A DNA stretch of 64,000 nucleotides from Podarcis pityusensis (GCA_964106645.2 OZ067046.1); one strand, 5' to 3'. Numbered from the stretch's first letter, positions 10,830-23,896 are shown. The notes: generated by a model not told the origin, from the letters alone. Numbers and translations: made by a program.

Positions 10830-12450
10830 CTTGGGTCCTCGGCGGAGCTGTGGTGTTTGCTTTTGTTTCTTTGTTTTTAAAGTAACAACACTGGGCAACA
10901 TATACGCAGTTCACAGAGCTTCTGACTGCTGCAAACATGCTACTTGCAGAAGAGCAGGAGTTTACTCAGGAGGAGGCCGGAATGACTTGCAAAGGGACTT
11001 GCGCCCATGCTGCTTCCACACTGCCGGTTAACGGGGAGCTTTTACGTGGCCCCTTCAGTAAAATAAGGTGACGGAAGCCCCCAAGTCCCCATCCCTCAGC
11101 GCCGTCTCCGAAGCAGCAACGACGTAAGAAGCTTCCACTTTGGGAGGAGGCAGAGGACCCTCCTCCAATCCCGCCCATAGTCCCAAATCCTCCCTCGCTG
11201 CTCCCCTCCTACAAGGTAATCTGAGGTCACGGAAGCACAGCGAGAACGCCTTGTCCTCTTCCGACGCATGCGCAACACATCCCTTTCCTCTCCCCCCCCG
11301 CCACCGCCCGAAGGTTTCCGTGGCGCATGCGCAGCGAAGCCGCGGCCCGCTCCCTGACGAAGAAGGGGAATCACCGTCGACTCCCCATCTATGCGCGCGG
11401 TAGTAATGCGCATGCTTAGTACTGACCAGGGAAGCACAGGGGGCCTGGGCCGGCTCAGGCTCTTGCGAGCCGATATACCGCTGCAGCTTGCTTGGTATCC
11501 CTTACCACCGGCGCACGCGCAGTACGGCCAAGGCTCCTCCGGGCTCGGCGGCTGATTCCGCGGCTTGTTTTGCCGGTAAGCGCGAGGGCGGCGCATGCGC
11601 GGTGGCGGAGGGAGACCTTAGGGCCTGGCGGGTTGTGGCTGCTTACTTGAGAAGCGGGGGCGAGCGATCCGTGTCGCGGCGGTGGGCTGAAGAAGAAGAG
11701 GAGCGCGAAGGGAGGCGGCAGGCTGGCGGGGAAGCTCGGTAAGGAGGATACGCCAGCGAGCCGCAGCCGCCGGCCTTGAGGGGGCCTCGCGGAGTCCTGC
11801 TGGCGAGTGGGCTGAGGTAAACTTTGACAGGCGGCGGGCGCGACGGCGGGTTGGGTCGCTGGCGCAGGTCTATGATCTCAGTGTCTCTGCCCCCCCCCCG
11901 TCTTCCGACCCCGCCGACAGTTGAGGGCTTCGCGTGACCCGCTGCCGGGGACGATTCAGGCCCTCAGGGGTTGGCCGGGAATTGGGGGACAGACTGAGGG
12001 GCCGCTGCCTCTATCTTCCTCCCACCCCCACCCCCGAACCCGGGCACCGTGGCGAGGCGGAGACGGGGCAGCTCCGGTGTTTCATAACCGAGGCGGGAGG
12101 GGGCTGTGAGGGGCTTTGGCTGCGCCCATCCCGCTCTCCGGGTTGCGCCCGGCGTCTCCGGTTTATTAAAGCCGCGCCAGGAGCGGCACCGGTTTGGGGT
12201 ATCCCTTATACAACCGGCGCCGTTTTGGTCCTGTCAGAAAGCTGCCCTTCCCCGCCCTGCGAGCCCGGAGCGCGAAGAGGCATTTTCTTTTTTCTCTTTT
12301 CCTCCTACAGCGGCCCTGAACCTTATTTGAATACTGATGATGCAGGCGGGGAGGGGTTTCCTCGCCTCTCTGGAGCCGCTTGCTTAGGAGCGAATCTAGG
12401 GCATTAGATCAAGTTGGAGCGCCCACGTACTTTCGTTTATTTTGCCGAGA
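10830..12450 (+). promoter_or_regulatory. CLOCK: CpG island: CLOCK promoter and first non-coding exon(s)
   Basis: Dense CpG and high GC. NRF1-type motifs at 11265-11274, 11323-11333, 11407-11416, 11511-11521 and 11591-11600, plus CGGAAG ETS motifs. Candidate donors after 11215, 11575, 11738 and 11816. Confidence 0.85.
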
Positions 12451-12946
12451 TCAGGACCCTGCCCCTTTTTTTAGAGCAAAGGGGAGTATGCTGATTTGTC
12501 AAGCCCGCTTCAAAGGTGCCAGCTGGTTTCATTTGGTAGTCAGGAATGCAATCTGACTTTTTGGTGTCGTTGGTTTCTTAGGTCTCTGGCTCAGTTTCCA
12601 CTAGAATGTTATACTTCAGAAAGATCTAATGTAGCAGAAAGTGGAAAGTCAGCACGTAATGATTTCTTAATGCGCTTCTTTTTGTTAAGTAACATGCAAG
12701 CCTAAGCATACCGCTGGTAAATCTTGTTTAACTCTGCAAGATTTCCGAGTAACCATGCTGATGATGGTGCCGATGTATTGTGCACTTGCAGACAAGGTTT
12801 TGTTCTGGTTGGTAGCACTTGTAGCACTCCTTGAGTGAAGGACACCATAAGTGACAGGACAAATTGTTAGATTGTAGCAATGTGCATAACTCCATACATG
12901 GCATTTTATAAGTGATCCTACTTGCTTTCTGTGCGCACATAATGGC

Positions 12947-12973
<27 letters not shown>
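12947..12973. repeat. (TA)n microsatellite
   Basis: Seen directly. Confidence 0.95.
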
Positions 12974-12977
<4 letters not shown>

Positions 12978-14275
12978 GACTTTTTGAGTGGAGTAGATGT
13001 GCTGGAATAAATAGTTCTCTAGTATCTACTTAGGAAGAATAGATTGCAGCTTAAATAAACCTTCAAGTTGACCATTCAATCAGCTCAAATGGCCTTTGCT
13101 GCACAGTTTCTTGGGTTGGCAACACTTTTTATAGACCATAAATTGCTCACATTGCTGCTTTATAGAAAACAGTGCTTGTGTTTATTATACCTGTGCCCCA
13201 CTTTTGTATCAGAAAGCTCATGTACTTCCCATAAGCCTTCTGTATAGGTACAGATCATGTCTACACACTAGTTTCAGCAATGTTAAACCAGTGTTCCATT
13301 ACCTGCCAAAGGCTGTTTCAGTATCCTATCATTTCAGACAAGAATAGTTTAGCTATCTTCATCAAAAAGAAGGGATTCACACAAATAAAAAAATGCATGG
13401 TCTGTTTCCTCGCCACCATGTTCTTCTGGAATGTTGTTGTTAAACAGAATTGAAACACCAGAATGATGTCTTACTTTGTGGTATGATGCTGAAGTGGCAT
13501 GCCAACTTTGTAACCACTCCCAAATAAATAAATAATAATACAGTAACAGTTATTTATTTATTTCTTTATTTATTTAATGTGTATACCACTCTGTACTTGT
13601 AGATTTCAGGGCGGTTCACAATGTTATGTTACTAGTTAAAAAGTTATAGTTGTACAATCCTTCCTTACTCACACATTAAATCAGACTTGCAATGATAACT
13701 GCAAAATTGCAAATAGACTTAGACTGTTACCTCTAGGTGAGTGGGATAGAGTTGTCCATGCACCTATTTATACAGCTCTGTACTGTATATATACTACAGT
13801 ATATGCGGGTTGCTCATTGACTTTCTTACAGACTTAAAGAGCTATAGAGAAACCTTTAAAATATAGACATATTGTATACAGGACTGCAGTTATCTCTTTT
13901 ACCTTTTCATACTTTGTCTGGAAGGAATACCTTCCTGTTCAGCATTGCCTTCAGTGGAGGAAGCCAGAATGGCTGGTGCCTAGGCTGTGTTGTGATAAGA
14001 AGCACAACCTGCTTTCTCTTCTTCCCTATTTGGTGCATGCCCACATCAGAACTTAATGAAATGATAGTGCAGTGCAGGTTGACAAAGTAGGCAGGAGAAT
14101 TGCAGGCATAGCAGAACCTCAGTGAACACTTGGATCATTTATGCACAAAATGCATTATCACTGGCCTGTGACAGCTTTGTATTTAAATAAAAACTTTATT
14201 CTGGACTGCTGTTAACAGAGGGGTTTTTCTGTTTTTTCTGATTTTTTTAATCAGCTGTCCAAAAAAACACAGGTA

Positions 14276-14630
14276 CAGTGGTGCCTCGCAAGACGAAATT
14301 AATTCGTTCCGCAAATTTTGTCGTCTTGCGATTTTTTTCGTCTTGCGAAGCACGGTGTCGGGAAAGTTTTGGAAAAGCTTCAAAAATCACCAAAGTCTTT
14401 AAAAACCTCAAAAAAGGCTACCACACCGCGTTCTATGAGTTGCTCCTCGAAGTCAAGTCGCAACTGTATTAACGGTGTTAAGAAAAAGGAAACAAACTTG
14501 CAAGACGTTTCTGTCTTGCGAAGCAAGCCCATAGGGAAAATCGTCTTGCGAAGCAGCTCAAAAAACGAAAAACCCTTTCGTCTAGCGAGTTTTTCGTCTT
14601 GCGAGGCATTCGTCTTGCGGGGCACCACTG
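14276..14630. mobile_element. Tc1/mariner (Tigger-like) non-autonomous DNA transposon
   Basis: TIRs CAGTGGTGCCTCGCAAGACGAA / TTCGTCTTGCGGGGCACCACTG; TA TSD on both sides; internal CGTCTTGCGA repeats; CpGs retained, so probably young. Confidence 0.88.
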
Positions 14631-14674
14631 TATATATAACCAAAATAAGTTTATATAACTGCAGTCCTAAACTA

Positions 14675-14919
14675 GGTAAAGGTAAAGGGACCCCTGACTA
14701 TTAGGTCCAGAGTGGCTGACTCTGGGGTTGCGGCGCTCATCTCTCTTTATTGGCCGAGGGAGCCGGCATACGGCTTCCGGGTCATGTGGCCAGCATGACT
14801 AAGCTGCTTCTGGTGAACCAGAACAGCGCATGGAAACACCATTTTCCTTCCCGCTGGAGCGGTACCTATTTATCTACTTGCACTTTGATGTGGTTTCGAA
14901 CTGCTAGGTTGGCAGTTAG
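14675..14919 (-). mobile_element. Sauria SINE, 5'-truncated
   Basis: Reverse complement of the 8293 copy, including the tail (GGTAAA repeats on +). 14-bp TSD GCAGTCCTAAACTA (14661-14674) / GCAATCCTAAACTA (14920-14933). Confidence 0.88.
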
Positions 14920-15536
14920 GCAATCCTAAACTACCTAGCAGTAAATCCTATTGGATTCAGTGAGGCTTACTTTTAAATCATCGGGGTTAGGATTGCCTCA
15001 ATTATGAAACAATAGATCTTCTGTAATGGAAATAAGCATTCTTTTGATACTACTTATTGCCTGAAATAGAATAGTTTGATGGAGGCAAATCAGTCAATAC
15101 CAGTGATGGTATATCCTACCTATCTCAATCTTGAATGGGTTAGACGTTTGTAGGGCTTTTCCTGGAAATAGTTTGGATTTTTTAAAGAAAGATCTAACCA
15201 AATGAAGGTGAGTAGGACAGAACTTGTAGTATCTTGATGATTTCTGAACTGAGGTGGTTAGTTTCAGGACACCCCCACCCCCCAGATCTTTAAAGATTTG
15301 TATTAAATGCATGCTGGTGAGATGAGGATTAGTGATGTGGCCTCACTTTCCATGTTTTGAAATGTAAGGAACAAAATATGGATTTGTGTTGTTATTTCTG
15401 TGGGTCTAGAAGTAGTTTCAGTTCTTCATTTGTTATCCATTGTGCTTATGTCATTTCCCATTCGTATAGTACATACCGTCCTTTTAGTCTCTGATCAAAT
15501 CTACTTAATTATAGGAAATCTGCCACTTCCTGTTTC

Positions 15537-15571
<35 letters not shown>
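15537..15571. repeat. (ATT)n microsatellite
   Basis: Seen directly. Confidence 0.95.
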
Positions 15572-15573
<2 letters not shown>

Positions 15574-16537
15574 AAAATGTAACAGTGGGATTCCCCATTT
15601 CTAAAGGACAGAAATGTTTGATATAGCCCATTTCATATGGAAATATAACATACGCATGAGAAACATAGGTTTGCAATCGGGTAAAGACATATGCAGGGTC
15701 CTAAAACATAATTGATTTATTATATTGCCATTTCATTGCAATTAAAAAAAAGAATCAGTTGAAAACATATACAGAACAAGTCGTTCTGGGAGAGCCTATT
15801 AAAACTGTTAGAATTATGAAAGTAGATTTTTAGAATTATTTCCTCCAATTTCATCAATTTGGATAATTAGGCCTGGTGCTAGTTTATCTCAAATATTACT
15901 GTATGTGTAAATAATTGTCATACTAGTGACATCTCAGTGGTTAACATTGCAGTTAGGTCCCTTATTGTAAACTGTTTCAGACAATTAGCCTTAGTTAAAT
16001 ATTTTCTAAAAAGGTCATACTTAGTACGACTTTGAAGGTGTTTAAAGTTTTTTATCTTTAAAGCACAATAAAAACATACTGAGTGCCAGACCTTTCAGTA
16101 TTATAAAGACCTAACACTTTATCTAGAATATAAGGGCTATCAATATTTTTATACTGTTAGCCTTAGAGGTCCAATAGTGCAGAAGTTCATTGAGTATTAT
16201 ATGTGTATCATTGCTAACTAGGGTTCCTTGCTTACAAGGTTTTGCAAAAACATTCCAAGCTCCAATCAAGATGGATCCAATTAGTATTCATCGTGTCTAA
16301 TGCTGTTAACTGCCCTGGGATATAGGCTATGAAAGGCAGCATATAAATGCTCTAAATAAATAACTATAGGTGAGCAAGAAAGGATTCACAACAGACCAAA
16401 AAAGAGAAGGAAAGAGGGGGAAAGAGCTGGAGTCTTTGACTTTTTGAACTTTTACATATTTAAGAGATTAGTGTTACACTTGCGCTGGGCAAGTGTGTAA
16501 GTTTCTTTGCCTAATTTTGCCTACATTTCCCTCCTAG

Positions 16538-16700
16538 GAGAAACATTAAAGCAACTGAACAAATCATTATTAACTTGTTAAGTGTTTAAAAGTTAGAAAT
16601 GAACAGTAGTAAAGTAGTAAGTCTCAACTTTCAGGAGGGATGTGAAGGACAATAAAGATGTTAAAAGTGACACAGAAATTCTGACTTGGAAAACAACAAG
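16538..16700 (+). other. CLOCK: Candidate CLOCK 5'UTR exon
   Basis: Acceptor ttccctcctag|, donor AAG|gtgaaa. Position and size fit a non-coding exon 2, but there is no transcript evidence. Confidence 0.4.
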
Positions 16701-17044
16701 GTGAAATTGCAGGAATGGTGGAAGAGTTCTTAACAAAACAATTACAATGTTAAAAACTAGTAAAACAATAAAGCTGTTTCAATCAAAGCAGAATTGTGTG
16801 AAGTTCCTGTTTTCTTAAGCCACACTTTCATATGATGTCCAGTTTGGGAAAATGTCCAGATGTCCCTCCAAACCAAGTTATTAAACCAAGGTCATCTCTC
16901 CTACTTTGTTTTATAGATTTGTTTTAAGAGATTCGAAGGCAGCCAAATAGCATCATTAACAAAAATAATACAAACACCAATTGTATGATTATATTGTTGG
17001 AATCTGTTCTGAGACCTTATGATGAAGGTTGGAGAAGAAGTCTT

Positions 17045-17074
17045 ATGAATGAATGAATGAATGAATGAATGAAT
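17045..17074. repeat. (GAAT)n microsatellite
   Basis: Seen directly. Confidence 0.95.
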
Positions 17075-19398
17075 ACATAAATAAGATAAATAGTTGTCAG
17101 ATAACGGGCAGATAGAATAGCTATTGCCAGTTTGCTCTTCGCTGTGACATGTGTCTTAGAAGTTAGGTCCAAGGATCAAATGCTGCCATCCATCACTATC
17201 ATGTTCTCAGGACTCTTCCAAGGCCACACCACCCCCGTCCTCCTCTTGCATGTTTCTGCCCGGTTACAGTGTGTTATTAGACTGTGATAATGCCTCCCTC
17301 TTGCCTGTATGGAGGCTGAAGAGATGTGTGCATACAAATCTCCAACTCATACATGGTTGAAATGCAGCCTTTGGTACAAATGTAAGAGTCATAGCTATTG
17401 TTCTGTCTGCTTTTGCCACAAACTACACCTATTATTATTGCGTCTTTTCCTGCCCGACACTGACATGAGGTTGAACATGAGGGAATGTGGCCTTGGGCTG
17501 AAAAAGGTTCCTCATTCCTGACTATTATAGTTGTCACAGCATGACATTTTTTGGACTCCAAAGAATATTCTAGAAACTTGCTGGTCTTGTACCCAGCACT
17601 GAACAGTTCCAGATCACATTTAGCCACCACAGATTCCCTGCTGAGGTGAGAGAGACATCACTTCTGCCTTCTCTCTCGATGGAAGCCTTTTATGAATATC
17701 TGTGGGTGAGACAGGAATGTTGCTGAGTTCCATGGAATTCCTTTCTCTCTGCACAATGGTGGACCAAATGCTTGAGAGCTGTGATGTTTCACATGAAGCC
17801 TTATAGGCACTTTTTCTTAGACAAGTGATTAATAGAATGCTGTATTTATAAAAATGCTTATTAATGCAGCACTTGTCAAAAATGTGTGAGAGAATAAGAT
17901 GGTGACTCTGTTGTTAAAACGCTGAATTGTAAATGAGTAGGGGTTTTTTTTAGTGAACATTGCAGGTCCTTGTGGTGAAAGAAGTTTGATATTGCAGTGG
18001 ATCAGATGCTGCAATTGATTGTGCTGTTCATTTTTAAAAATTATATTTTGAGTGGTGTACTTTTTATCGTTTGATTTGTTGATGTCTTTTGGCTAAGCAA
18101 TAAAAGACATGACAGGCCAAGACCCAGAACTAGATATCAACAATCTCATTTCATGATGATTAAGCTAGTATTGCAATATGAGGAGCTCTAATGATTTCTA
18201 ACTTTGATGATCAAGAACCATTGTTTATTTTCAGTCTAGTTCAGTTAATAATACCACTAGCTTTTGCGTTTCTCACCTTAGAGGGCTAGCTTCTGAATAT
18301 ATTTGCTGTGCCATTAGCAACTATATAGAAATAAAGTTTAGCTCCTGCAGGACTGTAGCGGTTGGGAAAGCTGTAAATTCTTCATCTGTAAGCTGTTAAA
18401 GCCGTGGAAGTTGAGAGTATATCCCACTGAAGTGTCATAAGTTTGAGACAGTAATAACTGTGGGTTGCATCCAACCAAGTCCTATTCAGAGTAGACCTAT
18501 AAAAATTACTGGGGCTATGTTAGTCATGTTCATTCATTTCTGTGGACGTATTCTGAGTAGGGCTAACACTAGATATAACCCTATGTAAAGGAGTTGTAGT
18601 GCAAAGCACATGCAAAAGACTCTAGTCAAATAACTGGCAATCTTTAGCACTACGTATTCAGACCTGCATCATGGTCTGTAGAATTTGTGGGAATGAAGTT
18701 TTGATACTAGTTATTGCTGGTGCAAATAAGCCTTTTCAGGGACTGTTTGAAACAAGAGGGGGGGAACCTGGTTTTTCCACTAGCTTTGTTACTGTTGTCA
18801 AATATAGTAGAAGTAATCTTTCAGGTTACCATAGTTCATTAATTTATAATTAGATTTATCTTCTGCATTTTCTCCAAGGATCATGAAGTTTTTAAGTTTG
18901 TCACAGTGCTTATTTGTTAGTTTTCAAATGTTTAATAAATGCTATCTTTAAAAATTAACTACTAGTAAGTAGTAAGGAAAAATTAACAAGATGCAGACAT
19001 TCATTAGTGAGCATTTGAATCTTAGGGCAACAAAATAAGATATTTTTAAACATGAATGTGGTGTATTACATCTATGCCAATCCCACTAATGCTGTTATTT
19101 TGCTTACTTTAGAATGGCGGGTAGTGGGAACATGTAGAAGATCATTGTAGCATTCTGCCTACCAGCTTGTCCCATTCTACATTTTTCTGTAGCGGGATGT
19201 TGAATAATATAATAAATCTAAAGTGCTCACAAAAGAAATTACAAATTCAATTTGAAATTAAAGTAAAAGTTTTTAAACATTGCTAGTTTTGAAGAACTGG
19301 AGTACTACTTTATTCATATTCTTGGCAAGATATCAGTTACATTATAAGGATTTTTGTTATGTTATAGAAAATAATTTTGTTGTAGATTTTAAGAAATA

Positions 19399-19858
19399 CC
19401 GTATTTTTCGCCCTATAGGATGCACTTTTTCCCCTCCAAAAATGAAGGGGAAATGTGTGTGCGTCCTATGGAGCGAATGCAGGCTTTCGCTGAAGCCTGG
19501 AGAGCGAGAGGCGTTGGTGCGCACCAACCCCTCTCGCTCTCCAGGCTTCAGGAAGCTATCCGCGGGCTCACAAGGCTTGCGGGCTGCAGCCCGAAGCACG
19601 GGGCGCCCTCCGGAGGACACTCCGTGCTTCGCGCAGGTGTCCGCAAGCCTTGCGAGCCTGGCGGGAGTTGCCGCCGGGCTTGCAAGGCTTACGGATAGCA
19701 GCCTGTTCTGGGGGCTGGGGTTGGGGGAAGCTCGGGCCTCCCCCACCCCAGCCCCGCGGCTGGGGGGGAAAAATATTTTTTTTAATTCATTTCCCCCCCC
19801 CCCAAAAAAACGAGGTGCGTCCTATGGGCCAGTGCGTCCTATAGAGCAAAAAATATGG
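19399..19858. mobile_element. Tc1/mariner-type MITE with palindromic GC-rich core
   Basis: TIR CCGTATTTTTCGCCCTATAGGATGCAC / GTGCGTCCTATAGAGCAAAAAATATGG; TA TSD at 19397-19398 and 19859-19860. Confidence 0.85.
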
Positions 19859-22800
19859 TATATATTTAGTTTAAAAAGTTATACATTGTTTCATTCCATC
19901 TCCAATAATTTTGTAGATCAGACATTGGCCTGGTTCACATGGGTGGCATGGCAGCTGGTGCCCCCTGGTTCACATCTAGCTTTCTCACCAACCAGAGGAT
20001 AATGAGGTAACCTTCTGTATTGTGTTGTTATGATAGGTCTGGTTCAAGGCAAGGCATAAACTGTGCTATAGAGCAGAGCTGTATTGCTTCACTAAATGTC
20101 AATCTGAGATTTGGCCCTATGTAGAAATAGCAGCTGCATCCCTGTTGCTAGTCCCACCCTCACTTTTCATGTAAAGGACTCTAGCCTGCTCCATCAGTAA
20201 GCAGTAAGCCCACAACTTATGTAGGGGTTATGTTCTGGGGATTACACATAAATCCAAAATCATGTACAATCAAAACACATTGGGTTCAGTGGTGGATGAG
20301 ATTCCCAAAGTCATTTCCTCTGAAACTCCACCCTCTTTTAATTTTTTGCTGTGCATGTAAAGCTGAATGCACACAAGTTAAATGCATGTATGTTCAGCTC
20401 ACTGCAGTACATCTTCCAGCTGGAAGACACTGGTACTGCATGCTTATCTGATGGAAGTGCTTTCTGGGGCTGCTCTTGTGTGCCCTCCCTCTTCGGCTTC
20501 AGAGTGTTCAGTCTCAAACAAGTAGGGGAATCCAATTGACGTCTTGAGCCTCTAAAAATGGGCCTGTGTTAAGAGAGCATAGTTGCAAGGCTTTCAGGAT
20601 TTCCACATCTGGGGAAGCATTTTATTAACAATCTGTTTTATGGTTGCGTAGGATATCCTGTTTAATTTGGCTTTCATTTAGCATGGGGCTCAGAGCCAAA
20701 GAACTTCACAGCATTTTTGTGCAGTTTGGGACACCGTGGCCTGGTATATGTGTTATGCAGTAGTTCCCTAAGCTGCATGGCAAATAGAGTTTTGACACTG
20801 AAGAATACTTTTCAAAAATAATTCATGGCATAAGGGTTTGCAGTTCAATACAAAATAAAAAATCAGAATCCCACTGAGCCCAAAGGAGCTCTTTGTAATC
20901 TGGCCATTGTTTGTTATTAACTGAGAGACTGGCAACACAGTACATTCCCTTAGAAGTTCCATTGTATTCAGTAAGGGTTATTCCCAGGTGAGGGTGCATA
21001 GGAGTTCCACTATAGAGGGGGGATTTGACTACAAAGAAAGAATGGTTGTATATTTCAGTCTGTTTGAACTTCTTTGTACTTCTTGAACTTGAGAGACACA
21101 TTGTGTGCTTTATGGATCCCACATAAATGTAACAGAATTTTATGTTCTTGTTAGAGGTGTTGAGCATCAGATGCCAACTTTGTTCATAGGGGTCAGGAAT
21201 GTCACCTTATGCATGACCTTGGAAGAAAGCATGGTTTGTTTCATTATTAGGTTATTAGGCATAAACGGAAACGTAATCCATATATGATATTACTATGATA
21301 TTTAAAGTAGTACATTCTGGCAAAACTCAAGGTGCTACCTGAAAAATCTGTTATTTGCAGCAAAAGTTATCACCATATACTGAAAAATCTAAGGGGTCTT
21401 TCTTGGTATCAGAATGGACGAAGACGCTGAGGGTAGCTGTTATAACCAAGCTGACTGGTCTAATACATAGGCAAGAAGGAATAACAACTTGGTGCTTTAT
21501 GATTATGTAAGTTGTCATCTGGTATTTACAATGAACTATATTTGAGTATTTTATATTTTTACATTTAAAAAATACTAAGTTCTCTTCAGTAGGTATCTTT
21601 GAATGGTCACTGTTCTTCTTATGTCAGCTTTTATTAGAGCCATTCAGCTTGGCTAAATCAACTTTGTCAGGTCTATTAGAATGCTATTCAGTTGCTCATT
21701 TTATGTAGACTATCAGACTGAAATTATTGGCTACTATTGTTTGTTTTGTTTACTCTAGTCATTCTAGCTTAAGTTTTCAGTGTATTCATAAGCATCAAAA
21801 AATATTCTAATGACTCCTTGTATTTTATTTCTATGACTTAAAAATTGTTTTAAAAATAAATATCTAAACTGTTTAATGTGTGACCTCAATACAAGCTATG
21901 TGAACAAACCAGATTTGCAAACAAGTGCTCCAAAGTTACTAGCACTCACAAACAAAAATACTGGTTTTACTCCCTATGCATTCTTGTATCAGTTTTTGAG
22001 GTCAACAGAAAAAAATAAGTCAATGGTTGTAAAGCTCCCCCTTTTGGTTGTCTAGAAGTGGTTCTTATGTGTCACAGGTGACTATAAGCATAGTATAAGT
22101 GTAAAAGTATTGGGCAAAATTTAACATTAGACGAGTAGGGATGGATGGAACAGTCATAATCCAGTTCATGTCCCTTGAACACGAGTAGTCTAGTAAGTCT
22201 GTTCCTTTGAATGGCCATGCAGATTTATTTGACTCTTTTTTTTCCTTTTAAAAAACCAGTTACAGCTCTTTAGAGCAGCTAGAAAGTGTGGTGCTGCCAC
22301 ACTCATTGATAAGATATGAGTAAAAAGCTCCTGGAAGAGGCAGCGCATTATGATGTGCCACCATTTCCTGGGTGATTCTACAGCACAAAGATGGTTACCT
22401 GCCTTGCAGTAATGAGTGCATAAAACATAATTTATTTCTGAAGACTCAAGCACCAAAAAAACATGTTCTGAAACCCACAAGTTTAAAGAGGTAAACTGTA
22501 TAGTACATGATGGCCAACCAACTTATGGTTTTTACTCTTATCATTTGCTTGATAACTAAAACTTGCTCTAATTTTTTGTGTCTTGCCTGGTGTTATGTAG
22601 TGGCCATATCTCCTTAAAAGTATTACCTTACCCACATGGCGTTTACAGGTGCACATGTACCTGCAGAGAATTTCCCTGGCATGCACAGGCCCCCTCCCCA
22701 GGATATATGCCATCCCTTAAAGTTCCCTCATTATTAAAATTTGGTTGCACTAGAGATCATTTCATTTCATTCTTTATTTCATCTATTATACAGAGAAATG

Positions 22801-23860
22801 GAAAGAATCATCTGTATTATATGTGTACCTGTTCAAGGAGGGGGTGTTGGGGGGAAGTTTGATATGAGTTTGTGAAAAAGTGAGGAGGAACAGGTTTGCA
22901 ATGGAACCCCAGAAGGTTAGTGAAACATTTTAGTATCATAATACCTTTATTAACTGAATATCACCAAGCAATGAGCTATCTTATAAGTTTCACATAAATC
23001 TTCCCTGAAGTTCAGTAGAGGCGAGGGAGGGAAGAAGAGAGAATGATATTCCTAATAAGAAACATGGCATAAGCCTCTTCTGTAATATATGTATCTGTAA
23101 TGTGACTTTCTTAAGAAAACTCAGAAAGCTGCTGGAAGACTGTTAGTTTGTGCAGTGCAGAATATCTGACTTACATACTTCTACTTTGTCCTATACCAGC
23201 AATATAATTTTCCTCTGCTCACTCTTCTCTGCATAAGTCATATGGTCTCTTTTCTTTAACATCTATTCTATTCATGTTTGCTTTTAATTTCAGAAGTCTT
23301 TCTAAGCGTTTTTTAAACATTCTCTTCCCCCCTCCGTGCCTCCGGTTATAAGCATAGGTCGGGATTCAAAGAACTGTGAAAATAGCTTCATGTGCCCGGA
23401 ATGGTTTTGGATTTGTTTCCCAAACAGCAGCCGTGTCTACCCCTTAAAGCCTAATGGTAAACCACATTTGAAACTGGGAAGAATTAAGGGAGCTTTCTGC
23501 TCAAAATGGGGAGGGAAACTTAAAATTCCCACTAGGTTAGCTCAACCCCTAGAATAGCTGTTTGGGTGTCTGGCATAATAATAAAAAGTCTAGGCATTGT
23601 AAGTGAGAGTGAAACACAGTTTTAAAGACTACCAGTACTGGATGCAGTACTTGCGTCATTTATTATCCCCCACCCCGGACTTGTGTAATGTTTGGCAGAA
23701 TATTCATATTCTCAAAAGTTTAAAAACACAAGCTTCATGTTACAACGTCCGCAGTCTAGATTTCAAAAGACTTCTTTGCGCATTTTAGTGGATACTCTGC
23801 CCAAAAGAAGGGGGGAAAAACTATTCAAATGGGAGATAAGTGTTTAACCACCTTAACAGG

Positions 23861-23896
23861 AAAAGTAGGTCAATAGGACACTAGGCTATTAGGCCA
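23861..23896 (+). promoter_or_regulatory. RORE / RevDR2-type element in a CLOCK 5' intron
   Basis: AAAAGTAGGTCA is a perfect WAWNTRGGTCA match, followed by AT-AGGACA-CT-AGGCTA-TT-AGGCCA. Confidence 0.65.

Noticed and set aside
11219-11229. AGGTCA half-site in the promoter as a possible RORE
   Set aside because: The 5' flank (AATCTG) lacks the required T at -1 and A at -4.
11096-12407. Several 60-166 aa ORFs in the CpG island
   Set aside because: R/P/G/A-rich, stop-poor frames expected from high GC; no recognisable protein.
14300-14620. Recurring CGTCTTGCGA units resembling a CRISPR-like array
   Set aside because: Irregular spacing, enclosed by TIRs and a TA TSD; these are transposon subterminal repeats in a vertebrate genome.
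14183-14704. Four overlapping ORFs
   Set aside because: They fall over a non-autonomous mariner-type element; no DDE domain.
19280-20002. 240-aa ORF, the longest in the track, and its overlapping ORFs
   Set aside because: It spans a GC-rich palindromic MITE, has no transposase or other recognisable motif, and both strands are open because of the palindromy.
21503-21510. TTATGTAA D-box-like motifs (several)
   Set aside because: An AT-rich 8-mer that is common by chance here; no clustering.
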